Below are positions 17,942 to 27,848 of a DNA stretch of 64,000 bases, piece by piece. The notes beneath the pieces were generated by a model, which was given only the letters and a program-made list of their open reading frames with translations, was not told the origin of the DNA and did no database searches. The position numbers were made by a program, and so were the translations under genes. Within the stretch, counting starts at the first letter, position 1, and every line of letters begins with the position of its first letter. The stretch lies in assembly GCA_965661625.1 (NCBI GenBank), contig CBFIEM010000011.1:26148-90147 (forward strand). The letters are read 5' to 3'. Source of the stretch: Salibacteraceae bacterium (GTDB taxonomy: Bacteria; Bacteroidota; Bacteroidia; Flavobacteriales_G; Salibacteraceae).

Positions 17942-19897
17942 ATGCGATTACTTTCACCCCTGATTCTACTGGCCATTTACCTATTGCCCTCCTTCTCAAT
18001 TAGTCAAACTTCTTTATCAGGAATAATTAATCACTACAGCTCCGTAACCTCCATTCAAACTGGATCAAATCAATTGACCCTCACTAATGCAACTGACTTT
18101 TTAGCAGGTGAACGCATACTTATTATTCAAATGCAAGGAGCGCAGATAGATGACAGCCAAACTGCTTCGTTTGGTAATATTCAAAACATAAATACTGCAG
18201 GAGCTTTTGAAATTCATAAAATTTGTTCCAAAGCTGGAAACATGCTTACACTAGCCAATGAGGTAAACTCACCGTTTAATTCAAACCAGGTAGTACAAGT
18301 TGTTTCTTTCCCTACGTTCAATAATGTGTCACTTAACGGAGATATTTTAGCAGCTCCCTTTGATGGGTTTAAGGGAGGAATTGTTGCACTTGAAGTATTA
18401 GATACCCTCTCCCTCAATGGGTTTAACGTGGACGTTTCAAGCACTGGATTTATGGGTGGACAAGCACTAACAAGCGGCAATAACTGTGTATTTGTTCTCG
18501 ATAACTCTTATTACACTTCTCAAACGAGTACGGATGAGCTTGCTCTGAAAGGTGCAGGAATTTCAGCAACAATAGTAGGCAAAGAATGTGGACGAGGACC
18601 ACAAGCCAATGGTGGCGGCGGTGGGAATAATCATAACGGTGGTGGTTCTGGCGGTGCCAATTTTGGTTTTGGTGGTAAAGGAGGACAACGTATTAAATCT
18701 GGACCATTTAATTGCGGTTCTGTGGAGGGCTTAGACAGCTATGGTATCGCTAGTTTCATTCAAGGTAAACGTCTCTTTTTAGGTGGTGGCGGCGGTGCAG
18801 GACATGGAAATAATGCTGGGAATACCGGCGAAAGCGGAGGTAATGGTGGCGGAATCGTGTTTCTCCATGCTAAAACTATAGTTGCTTCTGGTGGCGAGCT
18901 AAATGCAACTGGGCAAAGTCTTTCTGCTAATTCATTCAATGAAGGAGGCGGAGGTGGTGGTGCCGGAGGTAGCATTTACCTTCAGGCTAATCAACTTCTT
19001 GATGCTTTTAATGTAAACGTTTCTGGAGGTAATGGTGCCTCAACTGACAACGGAGGAAATACAAACTGCAATGGCCCAGGAGGCGGCGGCGGCGGTGGTT
19101 ACGTAATTACAGATTCCTCCTTTGGAGGTTTACTTAACGTCACTTTTCAAGGCGGAATGCCAGGAGTAATTGCTACTACGGGCCAAGCTAACTGCCCACT
19201 CAATGGAACAAATGGAGCTGTTTCAGGAGCACCGGGCTCTATACTCTCTACATTCTCCCCCATTGACTTAACATTTCCCTCAGCTGTAGAGCTTGCAGAC
19301 AGTTTTTGCGCTACCTACCGATTACCCTCAGGAACTGAAGTTAACTCTTCTGGAGTTTATAGGGATACCATATTTTCGAATCTGAGTTGTGACACTATAT
19401 TTCAATACACACTCACGAAAATCGCTTTCAATACCCAAGTCATAACGGGAATAGACAGCCTAGCTGTAGTTCATGAACCAAATACAGTTTACTCTTGGAT
19501 TGACTGTTCAACCTTAAGTCCAGTTGGACTTGATTCCAATGTATATTTCCCATCCTACAGTGGAACATTTGCAGTTATAGCAAATAGAGCTGGATGTACT
19601 GATACAAGTGCGTGCGTGGATTTTGAAATGCCTAATTCTTTCAAGCCAACCAGACCTTCTGTATTTAAAATATGGCCTAATCCTACAACAGGTCTATTAA
19701 CACTTGAATGTGAAGGTAGCTTGCAAAATTCGAATGCCTCCATTTACTCTATGCAAGGAGTGTTATTGGTTACGCTCAATAATTTAGCGCAACGCAAAGT
19801 TTTTGACATTTCTAGGTTTAAACCTGGTACGTATTTAATTAGGATAAAAACAGCGGAAGCTACATATACAGAACGTGTAATTATAGCTTCAAAATAG
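17942..19897 (+). CDS. secreted glycine-rich repeat protein with T9SS C-terminal sorting domain
   Basis: Signal peptide. Central poly-Gly blocks alternate with short hydrophobic strands. C-terminal 'KIWPNPTTGLLTLE...GTYLIRIKT' is T9SS type A CTD-like. Confidence 0.7.
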   Translation: MRLLSPLILLAIYLLPSFSISQTSLSGIINHYSSVTSIQTGSNQLTLTNATDFLAGERILIIQMQGAQIDDSQTASFGNIQNINTAGAFEIHKICSKAGNMLTLANEVNSPFNSNQVVQVVSFPTFNNVSLNGDILAAPFDGFKGGIVALEVLDTLSLNGFNVDVSSTGFMGGQALTSGNNCVFVLDNSYYTSQTSTDELALKGAGISATIVGKECGRGPQANGGGGGNNHNGGGSGGANFGFGGKGGQRIKSGPFNCGSVEGLDSYGIASFIQGKRLFLGGGGGAGHGNNAGNTGESGGNGGGIVFLHAKTIVASGGELNATGQSLSANSFNEGGGGGGAGGSIYLQANQLLDAFNVNVSGGNGASTDNGGNTNCNGPGGGGGGGYVITDSSFGGLLNVTFQGGMPGVIATTGQANCPLNGTNGAVSGAPGSILSTFSPIDLTFPSAVELADSFCATYRLPSGTEVNSSGVYRDTIFSNLSCDTIFQYTLTKIAFNTQVITGIDSLAVVHEPNTVYSWIDCSTLSPVGLDSNVYFPSYSGTFAVIANRAGCTDTSACVDFEMPNSFKPTRPSVFKIWPNPTTGLLTLECEGSLQNSNASIYSMQGVLLVTLNNLAQRKVFDISRFKPGTYLIRIKTAEATYTERVIIASK

Positions 19898-19922
19898 CAT
19901 TCTACTCAAACTCAGGGTCATT

Positions 19923-20327
19923 TCAACCGTATATTGCATATAGCAAGTCGTTCAAACTATCTTGAGAAAATGGTTTGGTAACATAGCCTTTCACTATGCT
20001 GTAGTCTTTTGACTTCTCCTTATCATCAAAGTCATCTGAACTTGAAACCATGGTGATTTTCAACTGATTGTGACCCTCAGTTTTTATTATTTCATCAAGA
20101 AACTCCCACCCGGACCAAATTGGCATGTTAATGTCCAATAGGATAAGTTGTGGAAGCTGACTTCCTCCATTTATCAGCACGTCATTAATTGCTTCATAAG
20201 CTTCTTTGCCATCTTTATATACAACCAATTCAATTGGTGTTTCAGAGTCTCGATTTGCCAACAACCGCTTGACCAAAAAAATGTGAATCGGATCATCATC
20301 TACAACACACAGTTTTTTACTTTCCAT
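19923..20327 (-). CDS. single-domain response regulator (CheY-like receiver)
   Basis: 'CVVDDDPIH', 'ILLDINMP' and 'KP' receiver motifs. Its start overlaps the upstream kinase stop by 11 nt. Confidence 0.85.
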   Translation of the reverse strand: MESKKLCVVDDDPIHIFLVKRLLANRDSETPIELVVYKDGKEAYEAINDVLINGGSQLPQLILLDINMPIWSGWEFLDEIIKTEGHNQLKITMVSSSDDFDDKEKSKDYSIVKGYVTKPFSQDSLNDLLYAIYG

Positions 20328-21930
20328 TTTTCAGCTTAATCTTAAAGGTTGTACCCACGTCAATAGCACTTGATACATCTATAGATCCTCCTATGGCCTC
20401 GATGTGATTATGGGTCAAAAATAGGCCTAAGCCTCGAGAGTCTGGATGATTATGGAATGTTTTAAACATTTTAAATAATTCACTCCTGTGTTTATCTAAA
20501 TTCATCCCTAGTCCATTATCCTCTATTTCGAGAATTACAAAGTCACCTTCTACCTTTGAAGAAAGCTTCACAAAACTCATTCGATCAGGGCTGCTATATT
20601 TTATTGCATTGGTAAGCATATTTAAAACAATACTATCTAAGTAAGCGGGAACTCCAAGCACGCAATGCTGAGGGTTTACTTCATTAATCACCTCTACTCC
20701 ACTATTTTTAATCGTTTGACTCACCGAATCAACCGCATGAACCACTGTTTCATCTAAGGATAGCGGAACAAGCTCTAAGTCTCCATTTACGTGTAAATTT
20801 GAAACCTCTCCAAGGTGTCCAACTGTATCCATTAACCGATCAGAAGCCTTAACTAAATGGTCAAATACATCCGATTCAATTAAGCTTGGATAATCATCTT
20901 TTAGAAAATTAACTAAAGAATGAATATTTCCACTATGCGACCTTAAATTGTGAGAAACGATGTATGCGAAATTCTTGAGGCGATTATTTTGTTGCGAGCT
21001 CATCACCAGTAAATCAGATAACTGTTCTTCCGCCAACTTTAACGCTTCAACATGGGTAATTACTAAAAGGAGGCCCTCAAAGTTATCATCAACTAATATA
21101 GGTGAGATATTTATTAGAACGCGTGTAATCGTTTTATCACTGCAGTTCAGCTGCCACTCTGTTCCTTCAAATCGATCTGAATAAGATAAGTGTCGCAATA
21201 TTGCAAATGCATCAACAACCCCATTTAAGTCGGGTGACGATGCTCGCTCAAGAAGCTCATCAGCCTTGAACAAAAAGTTGGGGGTTTGTTTTCCGATTAT
21301 ATCTTTTGAATTAAAGCCGGTTATATTTTCAACTCCTTGATTAAAGGTTGTTATAACCCCCTGAGGGTCTGTTTTTACAAACCCGATTCCTTTGCTTGCA
21401 TTTAAAAGTGCATTGATTGAAGAGTCTGCCTGACTCAAGCTTTTCTCTGCTTTACGAACACGGGAAATGTCGATAATTTGGCAGATATAATAACTCACAT
21501 TACCATCGTCCTTATAAATTGCCGAAACTGCAACAAGAGCAAATTTTACATCACCGCTCTTATGGAAAAATCGTTTTTCCATTTGGTATTGTTCTACTCT
21601 CCCAGCCCGAAGCTCACTTAAGTGCTCCATATACTGCTTGTAATCATCTGGGTGACTTAACTCCTTGAAGGTTTTATTGAAAAGCTCTTCTTGAGTATAC
21701 CCAAAAAAATCCAAAAGACGATTGTTAGCGGAAAGGAAAACTCCATCCGGATCAATGGTTGCCATTCCAGCTCCTGCATTCTCAAAAATACTTCTAAATG
21801 CAGACTCAGAATGTTGCAAAGCACGCTGATTTTCAACCACATCTGTAATATCATGCATTCCTAAAACAACTCCAGAAAACTTTCCATTACGGCTTATAAT
21901 AGGGCGGCCATTTACTGAGATATGAACCAC
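20317..21930 (-). CDS. PAS-domain sensor histidine kinase, C-terminal part (downstream of in-frame TAA 21964-21966)
   Basis: PAS repeats, H-box-like 'FAYIVSHNLRSHSGNI' and ATPase boxes 'NMLTNAIKYS', 'DNGLGM', 'GLGLFL'. The track start is a GTG inside a PAS domain. Confidence 0.8.
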   Translation of the reverse strand: MVHISVNGRPIISRNGKFSGVVLGMHDITDVVENQRALQHSESAFRSIFENAGAGMATIDPDGVFLSANNRLLDFFGYTQEELFNKTFKELSHPDDYKQYMEHLSELRAGRVEQYQMEKRFFHKSGDVKFALVAVSAIYKDDGNVSYYICQIIDISRVRKAEKSLSQADSSINALLNASKGIGFVKTDPQGVITTFNQGVENITGFNSKDIIGKQTPNFLFKADELLERASSPDLNGVVDAFAILRHLSYSDRFEGTEWQLNCSDKTITRVLINISPILVDDNFEGLLLVITHVEALKLAEEQLSDLLVMSSQQNNRLKNFAYIVSHNLRSHSGNIHSLVNFLKDDYPSLIESDVFDHLVKASDRLMDTVGHLGEVSNLHVNGDLELVPLSLDETVVHAVDSVSQTIKNSGVEVINEVNPQHCVLGVPAYLDSIVLNMLTNAIKYSSPDRMSFVKLSSKVEGDFVILEIEDNGLGMNLDKHRSELFKMFKTFHNHPDSRGLGLFLTHNHIEAIGGSIDVSSAIDVGTTFKIKLKNGK

Positions 21931-21963
21931 TCCTTTTGTGGAATGGTTGACGTAAAATTGACG

Positions 21964-23763
21964 TTAACTCACCTGTTTTTGTTGGTATACTTGGTCTACC
22001 AGTTCATTAATATCGCTAAGTTCGTTATCCTCACGCTTAATAAACTCGAACATCGAATCCCACTTCTTGTCCAAAAGAATTTTGGAACTCACATTAAGCC
22101 AATCTTTAGCTTTACTGTTAAGTACAGTTACTGATTTGTTTTGATCGAAAGCAACGATACCTGCATCTATTGTATCAATTGTAGATTCTAGAATACCGCG
22201 ATTACGACTTGCTAACTTTTCAGCTAATTTTTGGGCCGTTATATCTTGAGCATAAATTAACACCCCTCCAATTTCGAGGTTCTGATTATACCATGGTTTT
22301 AAGCGCCAACTTGACCAACGATCTCTTCCTTCCTCGTCGACATAATGATCTTCCTCCTTGGTAATGTGCTCACCACACAGCCCTCGTTTATGGTACTCTT
22401 TCCACCCTTCAGGTAAATATTCGTTAAGATCGTAAAGGTTTCTACCGACAACCTCATCTGGCGGAAGGTTTTCATGTTCCTCGCACCACTTATCACTTAC
22501 CGCTATGAAATTCATGTTCACGTCAAACATCGCAATTGAAGAAGGCGCTTGCTCAATAAACCGTTTTTGTAATTCGTAAACCTCCCGTTCACTTGTTATA
22601 TCCTGAAACGTTCCAAATAGGTTTAAACATTTACCATTTTGAAACCTTGGTATTCCCCTGGCCCTAACCCAACGTTCATTTCCTTTCGCAGTTACAATAA
22701 TCAATTCTAAACTATACTCTTCGCCTTCGCTTATCGCCTTTTCTACAGCATCCGTAATTTTATCACGAGACTCACCTTCTTTATAAAACTCAATAGCTCC
22801 TTCTAGCTCCGGGACGTAATCATCCCCCACTTCATGAATAGCCTTCGTGACATCAGACCAATAGATTTTATCTTCAATAAAATCAACTTCATAAATTCCT
22901 AGATGAGCTACCTCTTCTGCTTGTGACAATAACGTTCTCGCTCGCTGATACTCTTTTTTCAACGCATACTCATTCGAAATGTCTTTACCTGTCAATATTG
23001 TTAAATCACTATCCTGACTTATTTTCCATTCAACAGGAATAAAAGCGCCACTAGTTGCATTCATAAGGGTCTCAAAAGGTTCTGAATCGCCTTCATCTAA
23101 TATCCTTTGAATAAACTTTCTTGCATTCTGTTGGTAATCCGCATGACTCAGTTCTACAAAAGCCTCAAGTGTTAATTCGCTTTCCGATTCTCTGGAGCAT
23201 AAAACTCTTTTCCAAGATTTGTTAATCCTAATTGTAGCTTGCCCGATATCCATCAACCCGACAAAGTCATCACTACAATTCAGCACCTTTAGTACCTGAT
23301 CAACCTCTACTAGATTTTCAATATCATTAAGGCTGCCTTTTGCGTCACCTAGCTGTGAAGCAATTTCCTTACAAATCAGTTTTAAGTGTTTTTCGACGAC
23401 ATCAGAAAAAACAATTGTCGAATCACTAAAGATGCAGAGGGAAAATTTTGATGAGATTTGAATTACTGTGCACCAAGCAAAGTCTTTTGAATACATACCT
23501 GCACGTTCACTCAGCTTAAATTGAATGCGTGACTCGCTTTTTTTCAAAACCTTGTCCTTTATTACATCTGCTTGGTCAAGAAAGCGTTGCTTTACGCTGG
23601 AGTGAGGTTGATTTGCACTGCAATATTCCAGAATTCCGTCTTCATTGCTAAAAAGGACACCTGCTTCTGCATTTAAAACGGTTACGATTAAATTAATAAA
23701 AGCAGCCAAATCACCTTGAGCGTTTTCTGATAAAACAAATTTATTCAACCGTGATTTTTTCAA
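21964..23763 (-). CDS. PAS/GAF-like multi-sensor protein, N-terminal part of the interrupted kinase
   Basis: 599 aa with several PAS-like blocks ('IYWSDVTKAIHEV', 'NERWVRARGIP', 'TFQDITSERE', 'AQDITAQK'). Ends in the middle of a PAS domain at the TAA. Confidence 0.75.
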   Translation of the reverse strand: MKKSRLNKFVLSENAQGDLAAFINLIVTVLNAEAGVLFSNEDGILEYCSANQPHSSVKQRFLDQADVIKDKVLKKSESRIQFKLSERAGMYSKDFAWCTVIQISSKFSLCIFSDSTIVFSDVVEKHLKLICKEIASQLGDAKGSLNDIENLVEVDQVLKVLNCSDDFVGLMDIGQATIRINKSWKRVLCSRESESELTLEAFVELSHADYQQNARKFIQRILDEGDSEPFETLMNATSGAFIPVEWKISQDSDLTILTGKDISNEYALKKEYQRARTLLSQAEEVAHLGIYEVDFIEDKIYWSDVTKAIHEVGDDYVPELEGAIEFYKEGESRDKITDAVEKAISEGEEYSLELIIVTAKGNERWVRARGIPRFQNGKCLNLFGTFQDITSEREVYELQKRFIEQAPSSIAMFDVNMNFIAVSDKWCEEHENLPPDEVVGRNLYDLNEYLPEGWKEYHKRGLCGEHITKEEDHYVDEEGRDRWSSWRLKPWYNQNLEIGGVLIYAQDITAQKLAEKLASRNRGILESTIDTIDAGIVAFDQNKSVTVLNSKAKDWLNVSSKILLDKKWDSMFEFIKREDNELSDINELVDQVYQQKQVS

Positions 23764-23980
23764 GGGGAAGAGGTTTCTATTAAAACAATACAGAGCTAAG
23801 TTAAACCATATTGACTAATAAAAGGAACAACTAAAAACATGGAAGTGCGTGGATTCAAGCTCCATTATCTAATAACCGACCTCGGTCACCAATTGAATGA
23901 ACAATTTTGTCAAGTTTTCAACAGACTTAGAGCGGGCGTTAAGCAAAAAATTATTTTCGTCTCATAAAATATTCCTTTCC

Positions 23981-24826
23981 ATGGCTGACATTTCAAAATT
24001 AGAATCTATCGCATCTCAAGTAAGAAGAGATATTGTAAAAATGGTACACGCAGTAAATAGCGGGCACCCTGGTGGGTCGCTTGGATGCGCGGATTTTTTA
24101 GTTGCACTTTTCTTTGATCAAATGAAGCACAATCCTAGCTTATTCTCTATGGATGGTGAGGGAGAAGATTTATTCTTTTTATCCAATGGTCACATATCTC
24201 CTGTTTATTATAGTGTTCTAGCCCGATCTGGATATTTTGATACTGCGGAGTTAGCAACATTTAGAAAAATCAATTCCCGTCTTCAAGGTCATCCAACTAC
24301 TCATGAGTCTCTTCCAGGAGTTAGAATTGCTAGCGGCTCATTAGGACAGGGAATGTCTGTTGCTATAGGTGCCGCACTTTCGAAAAAGTTGAATAATGAC
24401 GATTCGCTCGTATTTACCCTTCATGGTGATGGTGAAATGCAAGAGGGTCAAATTTGGGAATCAGCCATGTTTGCGCCACATAATGCTGTCGATAATTTAA
24501 TCTGTACCATCGACTGCAATAACCGCCAAATAGATGGGGATGTGTCTGATGTGTTGAACATTGACAGTTTAGAAAATAAGTTTAAATCCTTTGGTTGGAT
24601 TACACTTACGATGTTCGGAAATACTATGGAAGACGTAATTGCCGTTCTGAAAGAAGCTAAGTCGTTAACTGGTAATGGAAAACCAATAGTTATCTTAATG
24701 AAAACAGAAATGGGCCAAGGAGTAGACTTCATGATGGGAACCCACGCATGGCATGGTGTAGCTCCAAACGATGATCAACTAGATATGGCCTTATCTCAAC
24801 TTGAGGAAACGCTCGGAGACTATTAG
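23981..24826 (+). CDS. transketolase, N-terminal (TPP-binding) subunit
   Basis: 'SGHPGGSLGCADFLVALFF' and 'GDGEMQEGQIWES'. Start set at ATG 23981 (MADISKLE), giving about 281 aa as usual for the split form. Confidence 0.9.
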   Translation: MADISKLESIASQVRRDIVKMVHAVNSGHPGGSLGCADFLVALFFDQMKHNPSLFSMDGEGEDLFFLSNGHISPVYYSVLARSGYFDTAELATFRKINSRLQGHPTTHESLPGVRIASGSLGQGMSVAIGAALSKKLNNDDSLVFTLHGDGEMQEGQIWESAMFAPHNAVDNLICTIDCNNRQIDGDVSDVLNIDSLENKFKSFGWITLTMFGNTMEDVIAVLKEAKSLTGNGKPIVILMKTEMGQGVDFMMGTHAWHGVAPNDDQLDMALSQLEETLGDY

Positions 24827-26187
24827 TGAAAAAGCTTTTTGCCATATTAATTCTACTCTGTTCACTTAACCTAATAGGTTTTAGTCAGGCTTCCCTTGAG
24901 GGAAAGACACGTATTTTGTTCATTTACGATGCATCAAATAGCATGAATGGTAAATGGGAGTCTGGTTACAAGCACCAGGTTGCAAAAAAACTGCTTTCTC
25001 AAGCTTTAGATAGCCTGAGTACAACTGATGTAGAACTTGCACTTAGGGTTTATGGTCATCAGTCTTCCCTTCGAAATGGACAAGATTGCAATGACACCAA
25101 GCTCGAAGTTCCATTCGCCCGCGGTAATGCGTTAAAAATCAAATCTAGACTTCAGGATGTAAGGCCAAAAGGCACCACTCCCATCGCGCTGACACTGGAG
25201 AAGTCTGCTAATGACTTTAGAGGGTGTCGCAATTGTAAAAACATCATTGTTCTCATTACTGATGGAATTGAAGAGTGTGACGGAGACCCTTGCGCTGTGA
25301 GCAGAGCTCTTCAAGCAAAAGGAATTGTACTTAAGCCATTCGTGATTGGAATTGGACTGGACGATCAGTTTAAAAGCACCTTTAAGTGTATTGGTAATTA
25401 TTTTGACGCGACAGACGAACTGGTTTTTAAAAATGTATTGAACATCGTTATCTCTCAGGCACTGAATAATACTTCCGTGCAAGTAAACCTATTGGACAAC
25501 TCCAATAAACCTACAGAGACCAATGTAAACATGTCTTTCATCAATACCGTAAGCAAAAAATCAGACTACAATTACATTCACACCTTGGATGGTAGAGGTC
25601 TGCCTGATACGCTTTTTATTGACCCTTCAAGCTCCTACGACCTGCATGTATCAACTATTCCTTCGCTAATAAAGCGAAACGTTAAGTTAACTCCAGGTCA
25701 GCATAACATTATCGCTCTTGATGCTGCCCAAGGAAAACTTATCGTGAGGCAAGGAGGCAAAAAATTTGACTTACCTGATGTAATCATTCGCAAACAAGAC
25801 AGTATTCGGACTCTACATGTTATGGATGTCAATGAGCACGAAAAATTGTTAATTGGAAAATATGATTTGGAAGTGTTAACCCTTCCTCGCACATACATTA
25901 ACGATGTAGAAGTCGCTCAAAGTCATACAACTGAAGTGCAAATACCCCCTTCTGGAATGTTGAACATAAACACCTCTGCTCCAGGATACGGAAGTATATT
26001 TCTAATGGAGGGGAATCAAATGGTTTGGGTCACCAATTTGAATGAAAAATTGAGAACTCAAAGTATTGAGTTGCAACCCGGCAGATACAAAGCTGTATTT
26101 AGGCCCGCCGTTTCGTTAGACACAAAATTTACACGAGAAAAGGAATTCACAATTAAATCTGGTGGATCAACACAAGTAAAGTTATAA
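24826..26187 (+). CDS. secreted von Willebrand factor A domain protein
   Basis: Signal peptide. MIDAS motif 'DASNSM' (DxSxS), 'GTTPIA' and 'LITDGIEE'. GTG start overlaps the upstream TAG by 1 nt. Confidence 0.75.
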   Translation: MKKLFAILILLCSLNLIGFSQASLEGKTRILFIYDASNSMNGKWESGYKHQVAKKLLSQALDSLSTTDVELALRVYGHQSSLRNGQDCNDTKLEVPFARGNALKIKSRLQDVRPKGTTPIALTLEKSANDFRGCRNCKNIIVLITDGIEECDGDPCAVSRALQAKGIVLKPFVIGIGLDDQFKSTFKCIGNYFDATDELVFKNVLNIVISQALNNTSVQVNLLDNSNKPTETNVNMSFINTVSKKSDYNYIHTLDGRGLPDTLFIDPSSSYDLHVSTIPSLIKRNVKLTPGQHNIIALDAAQGKLIVRQGGKKFDLPDVIIRKQDSIRTLHVMDVNEHEKLLIGKYDLEVLTLPRTYINDVEVAQSHTTEVQIPPSGMLNINTSAPGYGSIFLMEGNQMVWVTNLNEKLRTQSIELQPGRYKAVFRPAVSLDTKFTREKEFTIKSGGSTQVKL

Positions 26188-26191
26188 CAAC

Positions 26192-27151
26192 ATGAAATAT
26201 TCATTTACGGAAAAAAAGGACACGCGATCGGGTTTTGGAGCCGGGTTATTGGAGTTGGGCAATGAAAACCAAAATGTGGTTGCGCTTTGCGCCGACTTAA
26301 CTGGTTCGTTGAAAATGAATGCTTTTGCTGACACATACCCAGATCGGTTTATTCAAGTAGGGATTGCTGAGGCTAACATGATGGGAATAGCTGCAGGGCT
26401 TACAATAGGTGGGAAAATTCCTTTTACCGGAACATTTGCAAACTTCTCTACGGGCCGTGTTTACGATCAAATCCGACAGTCAATTGCATATTCAGGGAAA
26501 AATGTTAAAATATGTGCATCTCACGCTGGATTAACTTTAGGAGAAGATGGCGCGACTCATCAAATTTTAGAAGACATTGGGTTAATGAAGATGCTTCCTG
26601 GAATGACCGTTATAAATCCATGCGACTTTAATCAAACTAAAGCCGCTACAAAGGCCATAGCTAATCATAACGGGCCAGTTTACTTGCGATTCGGAAGGCC
26701 AAAAGTACCCGTGTTTATGCCAGAAAGCATGCCTTTTGAAATTGGAAAAGGAATCGTTTTAAAAGAGGGTTCCGATGTTACAATTGTTGCTACTGGACAC
26801 CTTGTATGGAAGTCAATTGAAGCTGCCGAAGAGCTTGGAAAGCAAGGAATTGATGCAGAGGTAATAAACATCCACACAATTAAGCCCTTGGACGATGCCT
26901 GCATTTTAAAGTCTGTTGAAAAAACCGGTTGTATCGTAACAGCAGAAGAACACCAACGAAATGGTGGTTTGGGAGATAGTATTGCACAACTTCTTGCTCA
27001 GCACAAACCAACTCCTCAATCGTATGTAGCGGTTAATGATAGCTTTGGTGAATCTGGGACACCAGATGAACTTATGACAAAATATGGATTAGACACCATT
27101 GACATTGAACATGCAGCGGTAAACATCATGAAACGGAAAAAAGGAAATTAA
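26192..27151 (+). CDS. transketolase, C-terminal (pyrimidine-binding) subunit
   Basis: 'GIAEANMMGIAAGL', 'THAGLTLGEDGATHQ' and a C-terminal domain. 319 aa. Confidence 0.9.
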   Translation: MKYSFTEKKDTRSGFGAGLLELGNENQNVVALCADLTGSLKMNAFADTYPDRFIQVGIAEANMMGIAAGLTIGGKIPFTGTFANFSTGRVYDQIRQSIAYSGKNVKICASHAGLTLGEDGATHQILEDIGLMKMLPGMTVINPCDFNQTKAATKAIANHNGPVYLRFGRPKVPVFMPESMPFEIGKGIVLKEGSDVTIVATGHLVWKSIEAAEELGKQGIDAEVINIHTIKPLDDACILKSVEKTGCIVTAEEHQRNGGLGDSIAQLLAQHKPTPQSYVAVNDSFGESGTPDELMTKYGLDTIDIEHAAVNIMKRKKGN

Positions 27152-27278
27152 TCACACGTCTGCATTGAACCTCAGAACAATAAGGTAAGAATCTAATTCA
27201 TGGAATAACAACTTCGTTAGGAGAAATATAATACCGAACTTTTTTCATTGAGTACTAGATTTTCGTTTACCACAAACT

Positions 27279-27815
27279 ATGAAATTGAATCTGCAAGAGC
27301 GCCTGATAGCAAACGGAAGGTCTCCTGAGTTATTCAACGAGGTAGTTAAAGCGTATCATGAACGTGTTTATTGGGTAATTCGAAAAATTGTACTGAACCA
27401 TGAGGAGACTAATGATTTAACCCAAGAATCCTTTATCAAAATCTGGAATAACTTAGATCAATTTAATGGAGATTCTAAGCTTTATACCTGGGTTTATAGA
27501 ATTGCTACAAATACTGCGTTGGAGCACCTTCGAAAAGCTAAAAGGAGACATCGAACAGGTTCAATAAATGATCCCAATTACGTTGCTCACACCCTCATTG
27601 CCGATGAATACTTTGATGGTGATAAGTTACTAGAAGACCTACATAATGCAGTTACACAACTACCTGAGAAACAACAACTAGTCTTTCAACTAAAGTATTT
27701 TGAAGGCCTCAAGTACGATGCTATATCCGAAATCACAGGTACAAGTGTGGGGAGTTTAAAAGCTAACTACCACCATGCCAAGGAAAAAATAAAAAAAATG
27801 TTAGCTCGTAATTAA
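27279..27815 (+). CDS. ECF-type RNA polymerase sigma-70 factor
   Basis: Region 2 'DLTQESFIKIWNNLDQF...LYTWVYRIATNTALEHLR' and region 4 'LPEKQQLVFQLKYFEGLKYDAISEITGTSVGSLKANYHHA'. Confidence 0.85.
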   Translation: MKLNLQERLIANGRSPELFNEVVKAYHERVYWVIRKIVLNHEETNDLTQESFIKIWNNLDQFNGDSKLYTWVYRIATNTALEHLRKAKRRHRTGSINDPNYVAHTLIADEYFDGDKLLEDLHNAVTQLPEKQQLVFQLKYFEGLKYDAISEITGTSVGSLKANYHHAKEKIKKMLARN

Positions 27816-27848
27816 ACCATTTTACTTGGTAATCATCCAAACTGCAGC

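Noticed and set aside
18760-18975. Proline-rich 71-aa ORF and other long antisense ORFs in the track (for example 9701-10177, 25132-25482, 50267-50539, 53867-54139, 59699-60016, 29761-30123)
   Set aside because: They lie entirely inside strongly supported genes on the opposite strand. Their composition mirrors the sense gene (poly-Pro opposite poly-Gly). They have no recognisable motifs.
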